From: Anaerovorax odorimutans
Lineage (GTDB): Bacteria > Bacillota > Clostridia > Peptostreptococcales > JAAYPU01
Assembly (NCBI GenBank): GCA_016841185.1
Contig: JAENZQ010000003.1
Coordinates: forward strand, 25,501 to 89,500
Length of the DNA stretch: 64,000 nt
Direction: 5' to 3'
In this document: piece after piece, positions 52,545 through 60,773 of the stretch
Layout of the letters: every line of letters starts with the position of its first letter
Position numbering within the stretch: the first letter of the stretch is position 1
The notes under the pieces: model-generated
Database searches by the model: none
What the model saw: only the letters and a program-made list of their open reading frames with translations
Told to the model about the DNA's origin: nothing
Program-made: the position numbers and the translations under genes

Positions 52545-53783
52545 ATGTTTTACTACTATAAATATAAAGATAAGGTTTTGTTTTCCCTCAAAGAATATCG
52601 CGGTTTTGTGAGCATCAATGAAGAAATGGCAAAAGAGCATGGCGATACTATGTATTTCCTTGGAAAACTGCCACCGATGAAATCCCGTATGTCTTTTACC
52701 CTGTCAGATTCCGATATGTTTTACCTTGAAAAAGAATCCTTGGATTTACTAAATTCCCCTGATGTAAAGAAGCCTGTCATGTCTTGGCTTTCAGAAAGAA
52801 TAAATAACCGTCAGATAGTCTATATTAATACGGAATATGAACATTGGAAATGCGCATTGGAAAAAGCACCGCCAAAAAAATGGAAGATTCACATTATTGC
52901 TTTGGGAGATATCGGAAGTACCCTATTAACAGGTTTAAGAGTACTTGGAAGTGAGCACATCGACGAAATAGGTATTTATGACAGGAAAATGAACAATGTA
53001 AAAAGATGGGAATTTGAAATGAATCAGACAATGCCTCCTTTTAAGTATCAATTCCTGCCGGAGGTGAAACTGATTAACGAAAACCGGCTCATGACCTGTG
53101 ATATCCTGATATTCTGCGCTGCAAAGGGATATGTTTTGGATAATACGATTTCTGATGTACGAATGGCACAATTTCAGCAGAATTCCAACATTATCTCAAC
53201 CTATGCAAAGAAAGCACGTTCCGCCGGATTTAAAGGAATTTTTGCCATTTTATCCGACCCTGTTGATTTATTATGTAAAAAAGTGCTTCTGGAAAGTAAT
53301 TATACCTCCGATGGTTGCCTTGACTGCAAAGGATTGGCTCCCGAGCAAATCCGGGGTTTTGGTTTGGGTGTCATGAATTCAAGAGCAGTCTATTATGCAA
53401 AAAAATTTACAAAATTCCGGCACTATATAGAAGAAGGCAGAGCCTTTGGCCCTCACGGTTCAGGACTGGTCATTGCCGATAGTATAGAGCATTATAACGA
53501 TGATTTGTCCATTGAGCTTACCGACCTTGCTGTAAAAGCAAACCTTAAAATGCGTGAATTGGGATTTAAGCCTTATGTGGCGCCGGCCTTATCCTCCGGC
53601 ACCTATTCTATATTAGCCATGATCTCCGGACAATGGCATTATTCTTCTACTTTCTTAGGCGGTGTCTACATGGGTTCCAATAATCGTCTTGTTAACGGGT
53701 ATACGGAATTAGAGCGATTAATGCTGCCTGATAAGCTCATGAAGCGCCTAAGGACTTCTTATGACGGATTAAGCATTTTATAA
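52545..53783 (+). CDS. Lactate/malate dehydrogenase-family Rossmann protein with a ~110-120 aa N-terminal extension
   Basis: KIHIIALGDIGSTL...IGIYDRK (dinucleotide fold), CDILIFCAAKG, ILSDPVDLL and FGPHGSG align with the LDH motifs GAGxVG...D, ADxVVxTAG, TNPVD and GEHGDS. The start is ambiguous: ATG at 52545 with an AGGA RBS, ATG at 52530, or TTG at 52509. Confidence 0.65.
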   Translation: MFYYYKYKDKVLFSLKEYRGFVSINEEMAKEHGDTMYFLGKLPPMKSRMSFTLSDSDMFYLEKESLDLLNSPDVKKPVMSWLSERINNRQIVYINTEYEHWKCALEKAPPKKWKIHIIALGDIGSTLLTGLRVLGSEHIDEIGIYDRKMNNVKRWEFEMNQTMPPFKYQFLPEVKLINENRLMTCDILIFCAAKGYVLDNTISDVRMAQFQQNSNIISTYAKKARSAGFKGIFAILSDPVDLLCKKVLLESNYTSDGCLDCKGLAPEQIRGFGLGVMNSRAVYYAKKFTKFRHYIEEGRAFGPHGSGLVIADSIEHYNDDLSIELTDLAVKANLKMRELGFKPYVAPALSSGTYSILAMISGQWHYSSTFLGGVYMGSNNRLVNGYTELERLMLPDKLMKRLRTSYDGLSIL

Positions 53784-53877
53784 GTTTTCTTGTAAATGTA
53801 TATACAAAAATAGACTTGCTGCCTTATAAATGAAAAGGTGCTGATTTCAACAGGCAGGATTTAAAAGGGTGGTGCAA

Positions 53878-54930
53878 ATGTCTGAATCATTATATGTAAT
53901 ATCAGGAGGAAAACCTTCTTCGTTGCTTAAAGAAATGACAGTTTCGGTTTCCAAGTATTTTGAAGAGGTTGTTGAAGCCGGTCGTGAGTCACTTCCTGAT
54001 TTGAGCAATAAAAAAATCCTTTTTTCCGTTCAATTGAATCAGGCAGGCTTCTGCCCGGAGATGGATGCTGTTTTATTTTCATTATGGGACAAGGGGCATA
54101 AATCTCTTGCAGGATCATCAGCTATCGTACTGATCCATTGTGATTCTGAACTCTTTACTAAAACATACTGTCAAAATCTTATATATCATGCCAATATGAT
54201 GGGCTGCTCTTTTATGGGCCGCCCCTTTGTAGAAGCAGCAGGAAATTTGTATAACCTGGCAGTAGCTCAAAAAACAATAAAAAAACCTTTAATGGATGTC
54301 TGCTTTGCTTTATGCGAAAACTTAGCCAAAAGATTTAAAAGCTACTCTCCCCGGCTTATTGAAAATCCAAGGATTTGTGTACTCCATTCAAGCAATTTCG
54401 AGACTTCTAATACCTTGATGCTTTGGAATATGGTTGCTGAGTATTTAATGCCTTGTATTCCTAAGGTGCTGCACATTGAAAACGGCACGGTAAAAGATTG
54501 TATCGGATGTTCCTATATAACATGCAAGCATTACGGGGAGAGTCAATCCTGTTTTTATGGCGGTGTCATGGTTGAAGAAGTATATCCTTCGATTCTCGAA
54601 GCCGATGCCCTTATTTTTTTATGCCCCAATTATAACGATGCCTTGTCAGCTAATATTTCTGCTGTCATCAATCGGTTAACCGCTTTGTTCCGGAAAACTA
54701 AATTTTACAACAAATCGGTTTTTGGTATAATAGTATCAGGCAATTCAGGCTCGGATGCCTTAGGAAAACAGCTTATCAGCGCTTTGAACATGAATAAAAC
54801 CTTCCGGCTACCGCCTTATTTTTCTTTGTGTGCCAATGCAAACGATCCCGGTGCAATACTCAAAGTACCCGGAATAGAAGAATGCGCAAAGGCTTTCGCC
54901 GAAAATATAAAGAAAGAAATCAAAAAATAA
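53878..54930 (+). CDS. Flavodoxin-fold NADPH-dependent FMN reductase / iron-sulfur-flavoprotein-like protein with a ~165 aa N-terminal domain of unknown function
   Basis: The C-terminal half reads RICVLHSSNFETSNT...CIGCSYITCKHYGESQSCFYGG...ILEADALIFLCPNYNDALSANISAVINRL. This matches the ISF/FMN_red pattern (GSxRxxxNT...CxGCxxC...C...ADxxIxxSPxY). The start is the ATG at 53878 after GGGTGG. Confidence 0.65.
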   Translation: MSESLYVISGGKPSSLLKEMTVSVSKYFEEVVEAGRESLPDLSNKKILFSVQLNQAGFCPEMDAVLFSLWDKGHKSLAGSSAIVLIHCDSELFTKTYCQNLIYHANMMGCSFMGRPFVEAAGNLYNLAVAQKTIKKPLMDVCFALCENLAKRFKSYSPRLIENPRICVLHSSNFETSNTLMLWNMVAEYLMPCIPKVLHIENGTVKDCIGCSYITCKHYGESQSCFYGGVMVEEVYPSILEADALIFLCPNYNDALSANISAVINRLTALFRKTKFYNKSVFGIIVSGNSGSDALGKQLISALNMNKTFRLPPYFSLCANANDPGAILKVPGIEECAKAFAENIKKEIKK

Positions 54931-54994
54931 AAATAGAAAATCGATATAAAAATGTGTGTATTGATTATTATATTATTATACCGGTTCATATTCA

Positions 54995-55003
54995 TGCTAT
55001 AAT
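54995..55003 (+). promoter_or_regulatory. Candidate extended -10 promoter (TGcTATAAT) for DUF1385-prmC
   Basis: TGCTATAAT lies at 54995-55003, 52 nt before the ATG. There is no convincing -35 element. Confidence 0.3.
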
Positions 55004-55054
55004 TGATAAAACCCAAGCGATTCGGGCACGGAGACCCAACCCTACAAAATTTAA

Positions 55055-56023
55055 ATGGAGGATATCAATTTGGACTTTGATAAAATATTCAGAAAGGATG
55101 CAAATCCTACGAAAATAGGAGGACAGGCCGTAATAGAAGGCGTTATGATGAAAGGCTCCTCCTGTATGGCGACATCCGTAAGAAAACCGAATGGAGAAAT
55201 AACCCTTAAAGTGGATAAAATAAAACCATTGGGAAAAATTGCAAAACTACCTGTCATCAGAGGTATCTATGCCTTTGGAAGCGCTTTAGTCACCGGAACC
55301 AAGACATTGATGTATTCTGCGGAAGTTCTGGAGGAAGCCGGCGTATATATGGAAAAAAGTAAATTTGATCTGTGGATTGAAAAAAAATTAGGGGATCATG
55401 CTACCACCTTTTTATTATATTTTTCCGTAGTGATCGCATTGATTTTCACCATTGGAATATTTGTCATTCTCCCTACCATTGCCGTTAATTTTTTTTCGCG
55501 CTTTACCGAAAATACGATTCTTCTTAATCTTTATGAAGGAGTTTTGAGGATTGTTATGTTCGTCGTCTATGTTGCTGTGATTTCCAGACTGGAAGATATC
55601 CGGCGAGTTTTCCAATATCATGGCGCCGAACATAAATCCATTCACTGCTATGAAAGCGGTCTGGATCTCACTGTGGAAAACTGCAAACCTTTTCCGGTAC
55701 TTCATCCCAGATGCGGAACCAGCTTTATGATGTTTGTTCTGGTCATTAGTCTGCTGCTTTTTTCTCTTTTAGGATGGCCGAATCTTTTGGTACGGATCAC
55801 ATCACGGCTTTTATTCATCCCCCTGATCGCCGGTTTATCCTATGAATTACTGCGGTGGGCAGGAAAGAGCAGTTCTTCTCTGGTAAAGATCATCAGTTTA
55901 CCGGGTCTGTGGCTTCAAATGCTTACCACGAAGGAACCGGATGCTTCTCAGATCGAAACGGCATTGTCCTCGCTTAAAGCCGTTTTAGATTATTCGGAAG
56001 GCAATGAAGATCTATGGAATTAA
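55055..56023 (+). CDS. DUF1385 (YqhQ-like) membrane protein
   Basis: 322 aa. IGGQAVIEGVMMKG and HGAEHK are DUF1385 hallmarks. This gene is the conserved partner upstream of prmC in Clostridia. Confidence 0.85.
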   Translation: MEDINLDFDKIFRKDANPTKIGGQAVIEGVMMKGSSCMATSVRKPNGEITLKVDKIKPLGKIAKLPVIRGIYAFGSALVTGTKTLMYSAEVLEEAGVYMEKSKFDLWIEKKLGDHATTFLLYFSVVIALIFTIGIFVILPTIAVNFFSRFTENTILLNLYEGVLRIVMFVVYVAVISRLEDIRRVFQYHGAEHKSIHCYESGLDLTVENCKPFPVLHPRCGTSFMMFVLVISLLLFSLLGWPNLLVRITSRLLFIPLIAGLSYELLRWAGKSSSSLVKIISLPGLWLQMLTTKEPDASQIETALSSLKAVLDYSEGNEDLWN

Positions 56024-56877
56024 AAATCAAATCGGTCTTGAAATATGCCGCTTCTCTGCTTAGAGAAAGCGGCTGTTTGTCTCCTCAGCTTGATGCAGAA
56101 CTCCTTTTGGCCTTTCTTCTGCATAAGGAAAGAAGCTATCTGTTTATGTACCCTGAAAAAGAAATACCTCTTTCAGTCTATCATCATTATCTTGCTCTAA
56201 TAGAAAAACGAAAAAAAGGAAAGCCTGTTGCGTATATAACAGGAAATCAGGAATTTATGAAGCTTGATTTTTTTGTAAATGAAAGTGTGCTGATTCCCAG
56301 GCCGGATACTGAAATACTGATTGAAAAGATAATAGAAACCGTGAAAGGAAACCCCCAAAGTATTCGTATTTTAGATCTTGGATGCGGAAGCGGTGCCATA
56401 TCGGTAAGCTTGGCCTGTTATCTACCTGATGCTTTTGTTTGTAGTACGGATATAAGCCCTGAGGCCATACGAATTGCACAGATAAACGCCTCAAATCATA
56501 ATGTCAATAATCAAGTTACCTTTTTATGCGGAGATTTATTCGCTCCCGTAAAGAACAAATTCGATATCATTGTATCCAACCCCCCTTATATCCCAACCAA
56601 GGACATTGACACACTACAGGCCGAAGTCTCAAATCATGAACCTCGAAAAGCATTGGACGGCGGTGAGGATGGCCTTGAATTTTACAGACGGATTATTTCT
56701 GAAGCGCCTGAATATATAAAAAACACCGGCTACCTCTTCCTTGAAATCGGATATGACCAGGCCCGGGATATCTCGTCTTTGCTTGCTGAAAGGAAAAAAT
56801 ATTCAAATATTGAGATTTTTAAAGATTTAGCGGGAAGAAACAGGGTTGTAAAGGCAGAGATTAAATCTAAAGTGTAG
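56014..56877 (+). CDS. prmC: Release factor glutamine N5-methyltransferase
   Basis: 287 aa with SAM motif LDLGCGSGAI and catalytic NPPY (VSNPPYI). It overlaps DUF1385 by 10 nt. Confidence 0.9.
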   Translation: MELKIKSVLKYAASLLRESGCLSPQLDAELLLAFLLHKERSYLFMYPEKEIPLSVYHHYLALIEKRKKGKPVAYITGNQEFMKLDFFVNESVLIPRPDTEILIEKIIETVKGNPQSIRILDLGCGSGAISVSLACYLPDAFVCSTDISPEAIRIAQINASNHNVNNQVTFLCGDLFAPVKNKFDIIVSNPPYIPTKDIDTLQAEVSNHEPRKALDGGEDGLEFYRRIISEAPEYIKNTGYLFLEIGYDQARDISSLLAERKKYSNIEIFKDLAGRNRVVKAEIKSKV

Positions 56878-56878
56878 G

Positions 56879-57115
56879 CTTATGATTTAAGGTTTAAGAT
56901 TTATGATTGGAGATTGGTGGTAGAAATTTTGATGATCATCAAAATTTCTGCCCATAATTATTCATTGTTCCATTATTAATTGTAAACAAGTGTCGGAGGT
57001 AAGAGTATTTAAGATTTAAGTTGAGCTTTGTCCCAAAGCCTTCAACTTGTCATCGCGAGGAGCGATAGCGACGCACCTTTTTGACCCAAGCTTGTCTTGG
57101 CAAGGCAAAACAGTA
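56879..57115. repeat. Composite intergenic element, copy 12, between prmC and rpmE (convergent)
   Basis: Module order:
- cttatgatttaaggtttaagatttatgattggagattggtgg
- a perfect 28-nt palindrome at 56922-56949 (agaaattttgatga|tcatcaaaatttct)
- gtcatcgcgaggagcgatagcgac
- cttgtcttggcaaggc. Confidence 0.8.
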
Positions 57116-57121
57116 AAGGTA

Positions 57122-57150
57122 AAAAATCGGAGAGTAACTCTCCGATTTTT
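57122..57150. terminator. Bidirectional Rho-independent terminator shared by rpmE and prmC
   Basis: aaaaatcggagag taa ctctccgattttt forms a 13-bp stem. T-runs follow on both strands (tttttggttttttt on plus, ttttt on minus). It lies 8 nt after the rpmE stop. Confidence 0.8.
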
Positions 57151-57157
57151 GGTTTTT

Positions 57158-57373
57158 TTAATTTTCTTTTTCTTCATCCATATTGTATTTTTTCTTGAAT
57201 TTCTCAATACGTCCACCACGGCTTAAGAATTTTTGTGTTCCGGTAAAGAAAGGATGGCATTCTGAACAAACTTCAAGTCTGATTTCTTCCTTAGTGGATT
57301 TTGTTTTAAAAGTATTGCCGCATGCGCATTTAACTTCACATTCTTTATATTCTGGATGTATTCCGTTTTTCAT
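57158..57373 (-). CDS. rpmE: 50S ribosomal protein L31 (zinc-binding type A)
   Basis: 71 aa starting MKNGIHPEY, with Cys pairs CACGN and [10 protein letters not shown]. Confidence 0.95.
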   Translation of the reverse strand: MKNGIHPEYKECEVKCACGNTFKTKSTKEEIRLEVCSECHPFFTGTQKFLSRGGRIEKFKKKYNMDEEKEN

Positions 57374-57522
57374 ACCGACTCACCTCTTTCCATCCTGTAT
57401 TATATATCTAAAAACACTTTTTAGCGATAGCTATTCAATTATAGCACAATCTCTTTTCCGATTCAATGGTTTTTTTAGCGGTTGTCTTATCTTTATAGCT
57501 ATCTTTAATAGGATTAATTTTT

Positions 57523-58932
57523 TCAATCCACCAGTACTTTCTTCATCATATGGACAAAATCCTGATTGCATTTTGTTTTCATTAAATGCGTAATAATGGT
57601 TTCCGTCACTTCCTGAGTAGGGTTATTTGCCATTGCCCGCCGAATATTCCAGATAGTCTCCAGTTCTTCCTGGTTCAACAGCAATTCTTCCCTTCTTGTA
57701 CCTGATTTATTCAGATTTATAGCCGGGAATATACGCTTCTCTGAAAGTTTTCTGTCCAAATGCAGTTCCATATTGCCGGTTCCTTTGAATTCCTCAAAAA
57801 TCACATCATCCATCCTGCTTCCCGTATCCACCAGTGCCGTTGCAAGTATGGTAATACTTCCGCCTTCTTCCATATTTCTTGCAGCGCCGAAAAACCGCTT
57901 GGGCTTATGTAACGCACCGGGGTCGAGACCTCCCGATAAGGTCCTTCCTGTTGGAGGAATAGTAAGGTTATAGGCTCTTGCAAGTCTGGTAATGCTGTCA
58001 AGAAGGATCACGACATCCTTTCCGTGTTCCACTAATCTCTGGGCTCTCGACAACACCATTTCAGCAACCTTTATATGATTGGAAGGCAGTTCATCAAAAG
58101 TAGAATATATGACTTCCCCATCTATGGAGCGCTGCATATCTGTTACTTCTTCAGGACGTTCATCAATCAATAAAACGATGACTTCAATAGCTTTATATAG
58201 TTTCGTAATACTATTGGCTACCTTTTTTAACAGAATCGTTTTTCCAGCTTTAGGAGGTGCCACGATCAATCCTCTTTGCCCTTTTCCGATGGGAGCAATC
58301 AGATCGATCAAGCGTGTTGACAAGTCTCTTGTACTGTATTCCAGGGATAGCCTCTCATCGGGATAGACAGGTGTCAGATCATCAAAATTAGGTCTTCTGA
58401 CAGAAACCTCCGGGTCATCTCCGTTTACCCCTTTAACGTACAATAAAGCCCTGAATTTCTCGCCATCGTTGGGAGGTCTGGTAAGCCCGGATATCTTATC
58501 TCCTGTTTTTAAATTAAACCTTCTGATCTGTGACGGAGAGATATAGACATCCTCATCACTTGTCAGAAAATTATAGAAGCGAAGAAAACCAAAACCCCCC
58601 TCAGCAATTTCTAAAATGCCTTCAACCTTGTCACTGTTTCCTGAATTCTCAATATCATGAATATGTTTTCTGCGTTCTTCTCTTTTGTTTTGTGTTTCAT
58701 TATTGGATTTCTCTTTTTGTCCATCTGGATATTTTTCACTTGGCTCATGAACAGAAGGGCTTTTTTGATCGGATGCCTTTTCTTTAGTGTCTTTTGGCGT
58801 TTTTTCTTTCAATGATAAAATCGCTTCAATAAGTTCATTCTTTTTCAGCCTGCTTATATTAGGGATTTCAAAAGCTTTGGCGATTTCCCGAAGCTCTGCA
58901 AGCTTTTTTCCCTTTAAAATACTTTCTTCCAA
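57523..58932 (-). CDS. rho: Transcription termination factor Rho with a ~60 aa hydrophilic N-terminal insertion
   Basis: 469 aa with a CSD-like RNA-binding domain (GFGFLR), Walker A APPKAGKT and the Q/R loops. The inserted segment (aa ~42-102) is rich in K/E/S/N. Confidence 0.95.
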   Translation of the reverse strand: MEESILKGKKLAELREIAKAFEIPNISRLKKNELIEAILSLKEKTPKDTKEKASDQKSPSVHEPSEKYPDGQKEKSNNETQNKREERRKHIHDIENSGNSDKVEGILEIAEGGFGFLRFYNFLTSDEDVYISPSQIRRFNLKTGDKISGLTRPPNDGEKFRALLYVKGVNGDDPEVSVRRPNFDDLTPVYPDERLSLEYSTRDLSTRLIDLIAPIGKGQRGLIVAPPKAGKTILLKKVANSITKLYKAIEVIVLLIDERPEEVTDMQRSIDGEVIYSTFDELPSNHIKVAEMVLSRAQRLVEHGKDVVILLDSITRLARAYNLTIPPTGRTLSGGLDPGALHKPKRFFGAARNMEEGGSITILATALVDTGSRMDDVIFEEFKGTGNMELHLDRKLSEKRIFPAINLNKSGTRREELLLNQEELETIWNIRRAMANNPTQEVTETIITHLMKTKCNQDFVHMMKKVLVD

Positions 58933-59297
58933 ACTATTACCTCCCTGGGAATTATATATTTAACAAGATTATGGTTTATGGATTATCGATCATGGATAAT
59001 GGTTCATAGAAATATAAGGTGAAATTTTACTCAAAGAAAATAATTTTATTTCCCTTTCTCTCTTCCTATTCTTTTTTCTCTCATTGTTACGGGTATAGTT
59101 TCGGGTTATGTAAAAAGAACAGCTGTCCGTGGCAGGAACACAGAAATAATCAATGTAAAGGAATGTAAAAAGCTTGTCAGTTTTTGCTTTGTTCATACAC
59201 ATTCCTGAAAATCTATCACATTTTTCTCCTTGGAATATCTATATGGCTATTAGAACCGCCGATGTAAAATCTAATCATAATTAAGAAATGATAAACA

Positions 59298-60413
59298 TTA
59301 ATCCTGAATCTGCATTTCAATAATTTTGATACCATCACAAGTATACTCAACTTCCATATTCAAAGTCAAGTAAATCATGCTTTTTTTATTGTTGTTTTCA
59401 TCATATATCTCTGAATTGTCATCCAATATATATGAAACCTCGTCTCCCCTTCTTCTTTCAATGGTGATTTTGTAAATATTATCTGTTATCTGACGCATTT
59501 CGGAGATTGTCCCGTCATATACATCTTCTTCTGTCCAAATAAGTAACTGTTCATCATCCACCTCATTGTTATAAGCAATCATTGCTTTCGTACCGTCTTT
59601 GAGCTCCCTGATAGAGCTGTCTTTTCCATTGATGATTATTCCCGCTTCTTCAGAAATTATAAGTGTGTACTGAATCCCTGAGGTATCTTCAAAGAAAAGA
59701 GTATTGCCTCTGACTTCTTTAATAGTCCCATTGAAGGTGTTCCCTTCTTTTTCTATATCCGGTTCCCGGCTGTTCCCAAGATAATACAATCTTGAACATA
59801 CTGCAGCAAACTCAGCACGGGTGATGGTATTATACGGCCGGAATTCATTATGATCATCCCCGATCATAATCTGATGCCGGTACATAAGATCGATATAGGG
59901 AGTTGCTTCTTCATCGATAGCTTCCCTGTCGTTATAAGGCAGAGCATATAAGGGGGATATTTCTTTATCCACAGCCTTTGCAGCCCAAACCGCAACTTCC
60001 TGTCTGTTTGCAGGAGTCCCTATCTCATTGCTGACAAACCCGATCAGGTCTTCTTCCTCGATAATATCATATTCCAAAGCATAAGCCACGTAAGGGCGGG
60101 CCCATTGGGCTATGCCGTAAGCATTCATAGGCTCAATATATGCATCCGTAAAGTTATCACTGTTTTCTAAAACTCCTGCCGCATTTAGAGACCTGTAGAT
60201 CATGGCCAGGGACTGCTCTTTTGTAACCGGACTGGAAGGTAGAAAAGTTCCGTCCGGGAAACCATTTATAATGCCCTTATCTGCCGTAAATTCTATATAG
60301 CTATATGCCCAGTGCCCAGCTGTGTCTGTGAATTTGACACCGGCATAGGATAAGGTTGATAGTGCCAGAAAAGCTATGATTATAAACACTAATACTTTAT
60401 TGCTTTTTCTCAT
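59298..60413 (-). CDS. Secreted protein with three N-terminal SLH (S-layer homology) domains
   Basis: 371 aa with a signal peptide (VLVFIIIAFLALSTLSYA). SLH motifs are FTDTAGHWAYSYIEFTADKGIINGFPDGTFLP..., a second region, and a third ending RPYNTITRAEFAAV. Confidence 0.8.
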   Translation of the reverse strand: MRKSNKVLVFIIIAFLALSTLSYAGVKFTDTAGHWAYSYIEFTADKGIINGFPDGTFLPSSPVTKEQSLAMIYRSLNAAGVLENSDNFTDAYIEPMNAYGIAQWARPYVAYALEYDIIEEEDLIGFVSNEIGTPANRQEVAVWAAKAVDKEISPLYALPYNDREAIDEEATPYIDLMYRHQIMIGDDHNEFRPYNTITRAEFAAVCSRLYYLGNSREPDIEKEGNTFNGTIKEVRGNTLFFEDTSGIQYTLIISEEAGIIINGKDSSIRELKDGTKAMIAYNNEVDDEQLLIWTEEDVYDGTISEMRQITDNIYKITIERRRGDEVSYILDDNSEIYDENNNKKSMIYLTLNMEVEYTCDGIKIIEMQIQD

Positions 60414-60461
60414 TGTATTCCTCCGACTGTTCCTTTTTTGTAAATATATTTTTACTTCTCC

Positions 60462-60612
60462 AAATTCCCATAATCCATACTCTATAATCTATTATCTGTC
60501 AATGCGAGCGAACTGAAAAATTTTATAAAATCAAAGATTTTAGAATTGCTGAATGAGACCTGCGACGTAATCAAAGATTACTGATAGGGCTTCAAGCGCG
60601 GCAATCCTTGTA
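60462..60612. repeat. Composite intergenic element, copy 13, between the TolC-like and SLH genes
   Basis: Module order:
- cccataatccatactctataatctattatc (reverse complement of gagtatgg words)
- gcgagcgaactg
- the direct repeat aatcaaagatt, twice
- gggcttcaagcgcgg (compare ctttcaagcgaac at 26562-26574). Confidence 0.65.
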
Positions 60613-60773
60613 ATTTATTATATCATTTAAAGCAATCCTTTTCCATTACAGCAATGTTCAATCCGACACTTAAGGACTATCGCAAATTAATGAAACAAAA
60701 AGAGACTTTGATATATAAAAGCCTCTTTTTCGGTTATTTTTCAGTTGTATGGGTGAATCGCTTTTTTTTGAAA

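Noticed and set aside
47453-55054. Possibility that the three-gene insert is a mobile genomic island or prophage remnant.
   Set aside because: It has no integrase, transposase, tRNA attachment site or direct-repeat boundaries, and its composition looks like the host's. I treated it as a chromosomal module of unknown function, although one flank carries a composite repeat.
57016-57219. 67-aa minus-strand ORF spanning the prmC/rpmE spacer. The 35155-35349 ORF overlapping the mnaA 3' end is a similar case.
   Set aside because: The first runs through the bidirectional terminator and the repeat element and overlaps rpmE out of frame. The second is out of frame with mnaA. Neither has support.
58990-59202. 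70-aa minus-strand ORF in the 365-nt spacer upstream of rho.
   Set aside because: It has no RBS, a basic low-complexity tail and no recognisable motif. The region is more likely the long rho leader/promoter. I could not find a C-rich rut-like tract on the rho strand either, so no regulatory call was made.
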